A stretch of DNA of 64,000 nucleotides from an uncultured virus (IMG/VR IMGVR_UViG_3300036770_005540). Lineage: Duplodnaviria > Heunggongvirae > Uroviricota > Caudoviricetes. Shown in pieces: positions 59,656-64,000 of this stretch; position 1 is the stretch's first letter, and every line of letters begins with the position of its first letter. Made by a program: the position numbers and the translations under genes. The notes under the pieces were generated by a model. The model ran no database searches. It worked only from the letters and a program-made list of their open reading frames with translations, and was not told the DNA's origin. The DNA is taken from the IMG/VR virus record IMGVR_UViG_3300036770_005540, positions 1 through 64,000 of that record; one strand, written 5' to 3'.

Positions 59656-60855
59656 TCAGTCTTTATCTGCGGCGTACTCTTTGCCGCGCAGAATTCCCCT
59701 ACCCTCAAATATCCACATTGGTTCATAGTTGAACCATTCCCTACCAACACCAAATGGTTGATACTGAACGATTGCCAAACCCTGTTGCCAGTTTTCGCTT
59801 CCCTTGACAATGGGTCTACCAAAGTGGTCGCTACCAGAGTTCGTAGAGGGAACCACTCCATCAGTGCGGCACAAACAGCCAGGACTAGATGCCATAACAG
59901 TACGCGGCCCGTTCGGGCTACGCCGTGTTCTATACAGGGTTTCAATTCTGTGTATGTGACCGTATATCAGAGACTGATGAGCATCGTTAAGGTACTTTGC
60001 TGCAGTTGAGCCGTTGGAGTTAACTTTGTGGCCGTGAACGACCATCAAATTGCTATTGATGAAATAAGCATTTTCTGGATATCCAACCAGATACTGAACG
60101 TCAAAGTCTTCCATTCGACAAAGGAATGGAACAGAGTTAACGGGGAACTTGTCCCTATCGGAGTACTTGTCCTTGCCCCTGGTGACTCCTGAGGTTGGAG
60201 ATGCGAAGTTATCAAGATACTTATGAAGGCGGGCTTCATGGTTACCCTCAAGCCACACAATTTCGGCAAATGGGGCGGCGCGGCGCAATTCCCGGCACAA
60301 TTCAGCAGCCCTATCAATGGCTGGCTGAACCATGTTCCTGAATGGCATACGGTTCAGATACTTGCCAAAGTCGGCAAAATCAAGATTGTCGCCGTTCATG
60401 ATTATCTTTGAGGGCTTGATATCACGAATAACGGCCACGGCAACGGCCAAAGCCTTTTCGTCGTGAATTGGCTCTAGTTCTACCTTGTTGGGGTCAACTG
60501 ATTTGTCGTAGTAACCGATTTGTATATCAGGCAGTATTACTGCCGTTTCCCACCCACCGGGGTCGACCTTTTTTGCCTTTGACTTTTGTCGTTTAATTTG
60601 TTCTTGTATCTGGGCTCGTTCCAGCAAGGAACCAGGGCCACCCTCAAACGTTGGGCTCAAGACGACCTGGTATGTCGTGGTCTGTTTCTCCGTCCCCTTT
60701 TCCTCATCATGCACCGACCTACCGGTAACGGCAACCTTTTTGATTGAGCCGATATCGTTTAGATTGAGTCCACTGGTATCCAGCATCTCCTTGATTGCTT
60801 TCACAGTATTTTCTTTATGACTCTCTTTAACGAGGTCTTTTAGTTTTTTGTTCAT
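59656..60855 (-). CDS. Calcineurin-like metallophosphoesterase
   Basis: PDIQ, GDNLD, GNHE, HG, GHIHR and NWQQG. Confidence 0.85.
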   Translation of the reverse strand: MNKKLKDLVKESHKENTVKAIKEMLDTSGLNLNDIGSIKKVAVTGRSVHDEEKGTEKQTTTYQVVLSPTFEGGPGSLLERAQIQEQIKRQKSKAKKVDPGGWETAVILPDIQIGYYDKSVDPNKVELEPIHDEKALAVAVAVIRDIKPSKIIMNGDNLDFADFGKYLNRMPFRNMVQPAIDRAAELCRELRRAAPFAEIVWLEGNHEARLHKYLDNFASPTSGVTRGKDKYSDRDKFPVNSVPFLCRMEDFDVQYLVGYPENAYFINSNLMVVHGHKVNSNGSTAAKYLNDAHQSLIYGHIHRIETLYRTRRSPNGPRTVMASSPGCLCRTDGVVPSTNSGSDHFGRPIVKGSENWQQGLAIVQYQPFGVGREWFNYEPMWIFEGRGILRGKEYAADKD

Positions 60856-61195
60856 TTATTGCCAGCCTTAAAAGAAGGGCAGGCTCTGCTGCCGTTAATG
60901 CACTCCCTACGAGCCTCGCCTAATTGAAACCGTGAAAGTTTCAACCCCTCCGAGGTAATGGCGTCGGTTATTGCTTTTATTGAAACTGAAGAATGCATTA
61001 CATCCGTAAATGCCTGCTTTGTTTCATCGTCCATATCTTGGTAGGCATTACAAACAGCACATCTATTGCGCAATTCGTTCTCTTTGAGACGTTTGAAAAT
61101 TTCGCTGAGTTTGTCGTTGTTGTTCATGTGGCCCCCATGTGATTGATGGTGCACACATAATAGACCATCTGTGCTACGCTGTGCTGCAATTCTCT

Positions 61196-61627
61196 ATGCC
61201 AGACGAAAAAACAGAGAAACTAAAATTGGCCCTTCGTGACTCGCTTGGCAGCGCCGCGAGCGAGGAAGTTATACAAGGAATTCTTCAAACACTTGACAAA
61301 CAGAAGGTGTTTCGTTACCACAACGAGAACGTGGTTAATTTGTTGTCCACCCCAGGAAGAGTTCTTTGCGCAATCATGGAGGACAATAGCATGACCCTTC
61401 GGGCGCTTGCCGTTTACCTCGACATGAGCGAAACGATGATTGACAAGACGGTAAAACTGCTTGTTGAATCAGGGCTTATTACAAAGACAAAAGTGAATCG
61501 ACAAAATTTTTACAAAGTCCACACTGAGGCGGTCATAAAACACCCTGATATACAGCACATACTTGGGGCCACGAGCATCAATAAAGAATTGCCAAAACGG
61601 CAGGTTGTTGATAACGACCTGTTTTGA
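61196..61627 (+). CDS. Winged-helix (MarR/ArsR-like) DNA-binding protein
   Basis: MTLRALA..LDMSE...V..L.ESGLI.K......N.Y. Confidence 0.7.
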   Translation: MPDEKTEKLKLALRDSLGSAASEEVIQGILQTLDKQKVFRYHNENVVNLLSTPGRVLCAIMEDNSMTLRALAVYLDMSETMIDKTVKLLVESGLITKTKVNRQNFYKVHTEAVIKHPDIQHILGATSINKELPKRQVVDNDLF

Positions 61628-61640
61628 TAGGATGTTACCG

Positions 61641-61997
61641 ATGGGTAATCAAATAATTAGACAGAGAGTTCAGCATGGTTCGCTGGGTTACCAGATTTTG
61701 AACTATGCCAGATTTAGGTCCAGACAAATGGATGGGACTTTTTCAATTCAGGAGTACCAAGAATTTAGGTACAACAGAGTAAAACCGTCCTACGTGAGCA
61801 GGGCCATTAACAGCCTTGTGAAGAATAAGCATTTACAGAAATTGCCAAACAACAGGTACAAATTTACAGATACCGGAGTCTTGGACGAATTGGGTATTTT
61901 GTACAAAGACACACTATGGGTGAAGGTAAAAAGCAGCAAAAAGCGCTACAGCAAAGAGCGACAGGAAATAGAAGACATTCAGTCAGATGATTTCTGA
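61641..61997 (+). CDS. Hypothetical protein, winged-helix-like
   Basis: VSRAINSLVKNKHL...NRYKFT. Confidence 0.5.
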   Translation: MGNQIIRQRVQHGSLGYQILNYARFRSRQMDGTFSIQEYQEFRYNRVKPSYVSRAINSLVKNKHLQKLPNNRYKFTDTGVLDELGILYKDTLWVKVKSSKKRYSKERQEIEDIQSDDF

Positions 61998-62317
61998 TTT
62001 AATTTGGACTCAAGCCAAGCGGCAAATACTTCGTCTGTTTTTGGCATGAACCACAACTGACATTCCTCAACTATTCTCGTATCGCCTATTACGGTCCAGC
62101 AGAGGTCTATCTGCTCTGATGCCGGACACGTGCCAGCATTGCAATCAAGGCCATACCTGCCAACAAAATGTTTAACCAAACACCCATACACAGGGTCTTT
62201 GCATTCGTCATCCCCCTTGTCAGGACAATGTATTTCCATTATCTCAAGTTCAGATTTCCAAATACGTAACCTAATAAAATGGCCATCATCATGCCACGTC
62301 ATCGTTTGGTCAATCAT
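61979..62317 (-). CDS. Hypothetical Cys-rich protein
   Basis: 112-aa ORF. Confidence 0.55.
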   Translation of the reverse strand: MIDQTMTWHDDGHFIRLRIWKSELEIMEIHCPDKGDDECKDPVYGCLVKHFVGRYGLDCNAGTCPASEQIDLCWTVIGDTRIVEECQLWFMPKTDEVFAAWLESKLNQKSSD

Positions 62318-62529
62318 GTGACCAGACTAGTCCTTTTGGGTTTTACCTACAGGACCGTGTAAATCGTGGGTTCTCAATGGGTGCCCAATTGGCAAACGAG
62401 TTCTTTTCTTGCCAGCCTTTGTTCCAGAAACTGTTTCCATCTGTTTTGTCAGATAGTTAAACCTTGTTCTTTGCTGAGCGCCGCGACTTACTCTTTTATT
62501 CTTTTTACCCATAGACAGACCTTATAAAT

Positions 62530-62790
62530 TTATTTCTTTTTGGCCGTCTTCTTTTTGCGATGGGCATCAGCATCGCCCATGTGTGCATCAAGTTTAGCAT
62601 CAATAACAGCAAGGTCTTCGTCAAGGTATTCAATTTCCAAAGCAACTTCCTCGAGTTTTTCCATCACCATTCCATGGTCTCGGACGTTCTCTTCGCGGCT
62701 CTTTTTGACTTGATACACAACAGTCACAAAGCCAATCAATGCAACGACAATGATGCCGAATGTCTCGATGAGTGAGTTGGCAATATCCAT
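62530..62790 (-). CDS. Single-TM coiled-coil protein in the lysis cluster
   Basis: N-terminal TM, coiled coil and basic tail, directly after the endolysin. Confidence 0.6.
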   Translation of the reverse strand: MDIANSLIETFGIIVVALIGFVTVVYQVKKSREENVRDHGMVMEKLEEVALEIEYLDEDLAVIDAKLDAHMGDADAHRKKKTAKKK

Positions 62791-63666
62791 TTACATCCCC
62801 AAAAGTTCTTGTGCCTTCTTGCCGACTCTAGGGCCAGCAGGAAGTTTGTTGGCTGCCTTGAACTTCTTGACCGCTTCAGATGTCTTTGGGCCGAAGTCTC
62901 CGTCGCAATTTGCCTGGTAAAACCCCTTTTCCTTTAGTTTTTCTTGCAGGAGTCTTACTCTTTCTCCTTTTGCGCCTGGGGCTAGTTCCTCGTCCGCTTT
63001 TTCTGTTGCTGGTGCCGCTGGCTTTGGGGCTTGCGCCTTTGGCGCTTCGGCTTTTGGGGCTTCTGCTTTTGGCGTTTCTTTTCCAGGGACTGGTGGAGTA
63101 ATTCCATTCTTTGCCATGTACTCAACTACCGCTGCTGGCGGATTGTCGCCTTCCGTGTAGCGCAGGTGCCATGGCTCCTCAGGGACAACTTCCCAACTGA
63201 ATCCAAACTTGCGAACGTTGTTGACAAGCCATTGAAGTCTCTTTGGCTCTGCTGCAGTGTGCACGTCAACAGCCAAACCGCTGTTGTGCTGAGAGGTGCC
63301 AGGTGCAGCAAGGCTCGCCAACTTCGGCGACTTCTTGTACCACTTCACGCCTTGAAACGTTCTCGTTGAAGCGCCAGGAATTGGTTCCTTCTGATAGCGC
63401 GTAAGAAACGCACTCAACTGGCTTGCAAACGTTCTGTAGGTATCACCAGCAGAAACTGGCTTAAGAAGGATTCCGTCTTTTTCCGCGGCTTCACACATTG
63501 CTGCCCACGCTGCTGCTGCCAACCAGTGCAACTGTCCACAGGGCTTGCCGCCCTCGCCGCGCGCTGGCCTTAGAAGATGACCAGGAAGTTTTCCTGGCTC
63601 AGTACCCTTGAGGTCTGCTGGCTGCTTTACTGGAACAACAATATCCCAAATAACTTTACTCGGCAT
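62791..63666 (-). CDS. Endolysin: M15 (VanY-like) peptidase + C-terminal peptidoglycan-binding domain
   Basis: YR...Q, APGTSQH..GLAVD and EPWH motifs, a PKAEA linker, then V..LQ..L...DG.FGPKT..AVK.F. Confidence 0.88.
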   Translation of the reverse strand: MPSKVIWDIVVPVKQPADLKGTEPGKLPGHLLRPARGEGGKPCGQLHWLAAAAWAAMCEAAEKDGILLKPVSAGDTYRTFASQLSAFLTRYQKEPIPGASTRTFQGVKWYKKSPKLASLAAPGTSQHNSGLAVDVHTAAEPKRLQWLVNNVRKFGFSWEVVPEEPWHLRYTEGDNPPAAVVEYMAKNGITPPVPGKETPKAEAPKAEAPKAQAPKPAAPATEKADEELAPGAKGERVRLLQEKLKEKGFYQANCDGDFGPKTSEAVKKFKAANKLPAGPRVGKKAQELLGM

Positions 63667-63668
63667 GG

Positions 63669-63929
63669 CTAAACTTCCTCTTTGGCTACTTTCTTTACTG
63701 ATTTGTCTACTTGATTAAAAACTTGATTAATTTCTTCAACGCTGAGTTTGCCATCGTCGAGGAACGCTCTTGAGAGTCCTTCGATTACTGTGGCTACGCC
63801 AGCAATTCCAGCCATGAAAACGGCTTTCCAAAGCGGAACTCCAGCAATTGTTCCAGCGCCAATGACACCAAGACCACTTGCAGCAAACGTTGCGAGAATT
63901 CTTAAAAGGATGTTCTTAAGTTGTTCCAT
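63669..63929 (-). CDS. Holin-like membrane protein
   Basis: Two hydrophobic helices, immediately upstream of the endolysin. Confidence 0.6.
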   Translation of the reverse strand: MEQLKNILLRILATFAASGLGVIGAGTIAGVPLWKAVFMAGIAGVATVIEGLSRAFLDDGKLSVEEINQVFNQVDKSVKKVAKEEV

Positions 63930-64000
63930 TAATCTTCCTTCTTCCACATCACCAAGTAGTAGTGGGCCGCAAAAGCAAGCAATGAAGCAATGATTGCCAC

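Larger units (their letters stand above)
1..64000. mobile_element. Segment of a large bacteriophage genome, probably infecting an actinobacterium
   Basis: Dense small ORFs, lysins and holin-like genes, class II RNR, primase-helicase, SSB, two WhiB genes and isolated tRNAs. No host housekeeping operons. Confidence 0.92.

Overview
The whole window reads as part of a large dsDNA bacteriophage genome, probably infecting an actinobacterium (two WhiB genes, apparently leaderless promoters). No capsid, portal, large terminase or integrase gene is recognisable here. All family calls come from motifs read by eye, not from database searches. Layout: (1) 1-17.9 kb holds nucleotide-metabolism and replication genes: GH25 lysin end, MazG-like, class II RNR, tRNA-Arg(UCU), tRNA-Ile(UAU), DUF932-like, SLT, WhiB, primase-helicase, SAM decarboxylase and a SNF2/HARP helicase. 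(2) 17.9-19.2 kb is a non-coding array of GYCCCG hexamers about 63 bp apart, and the hexamer enrichment continues through the downstream coding DNA. (3) A 3355-aa polyvalent protein has its domains (2 zincins, ART-like, GNAT, DUF2786-like, HTH) separated by a recurring G[LI]xSxT motif, suggesting a cleaved polyprotein. (4) 29.4-52.6 kb is an array of about 35 small-gene cassettes, each behind the same promoter (TTG..-17 nt ending ATTATTGCCTG-TAAGGT-6 nt-ATG). A second polar motif (CTAT-N4-TACGGTGGYGGAAAG) and DnaA-box clusters are interspersed. (5) 52.6-64 kb has a MoxR-AAA/vWA pair, a candidate structured RNA, small DNA-binding proteins, a second WhiB, an HslV-like Ntn protease, a metallophosphoesterase and an M15 endolysin with holin-like neighbours.
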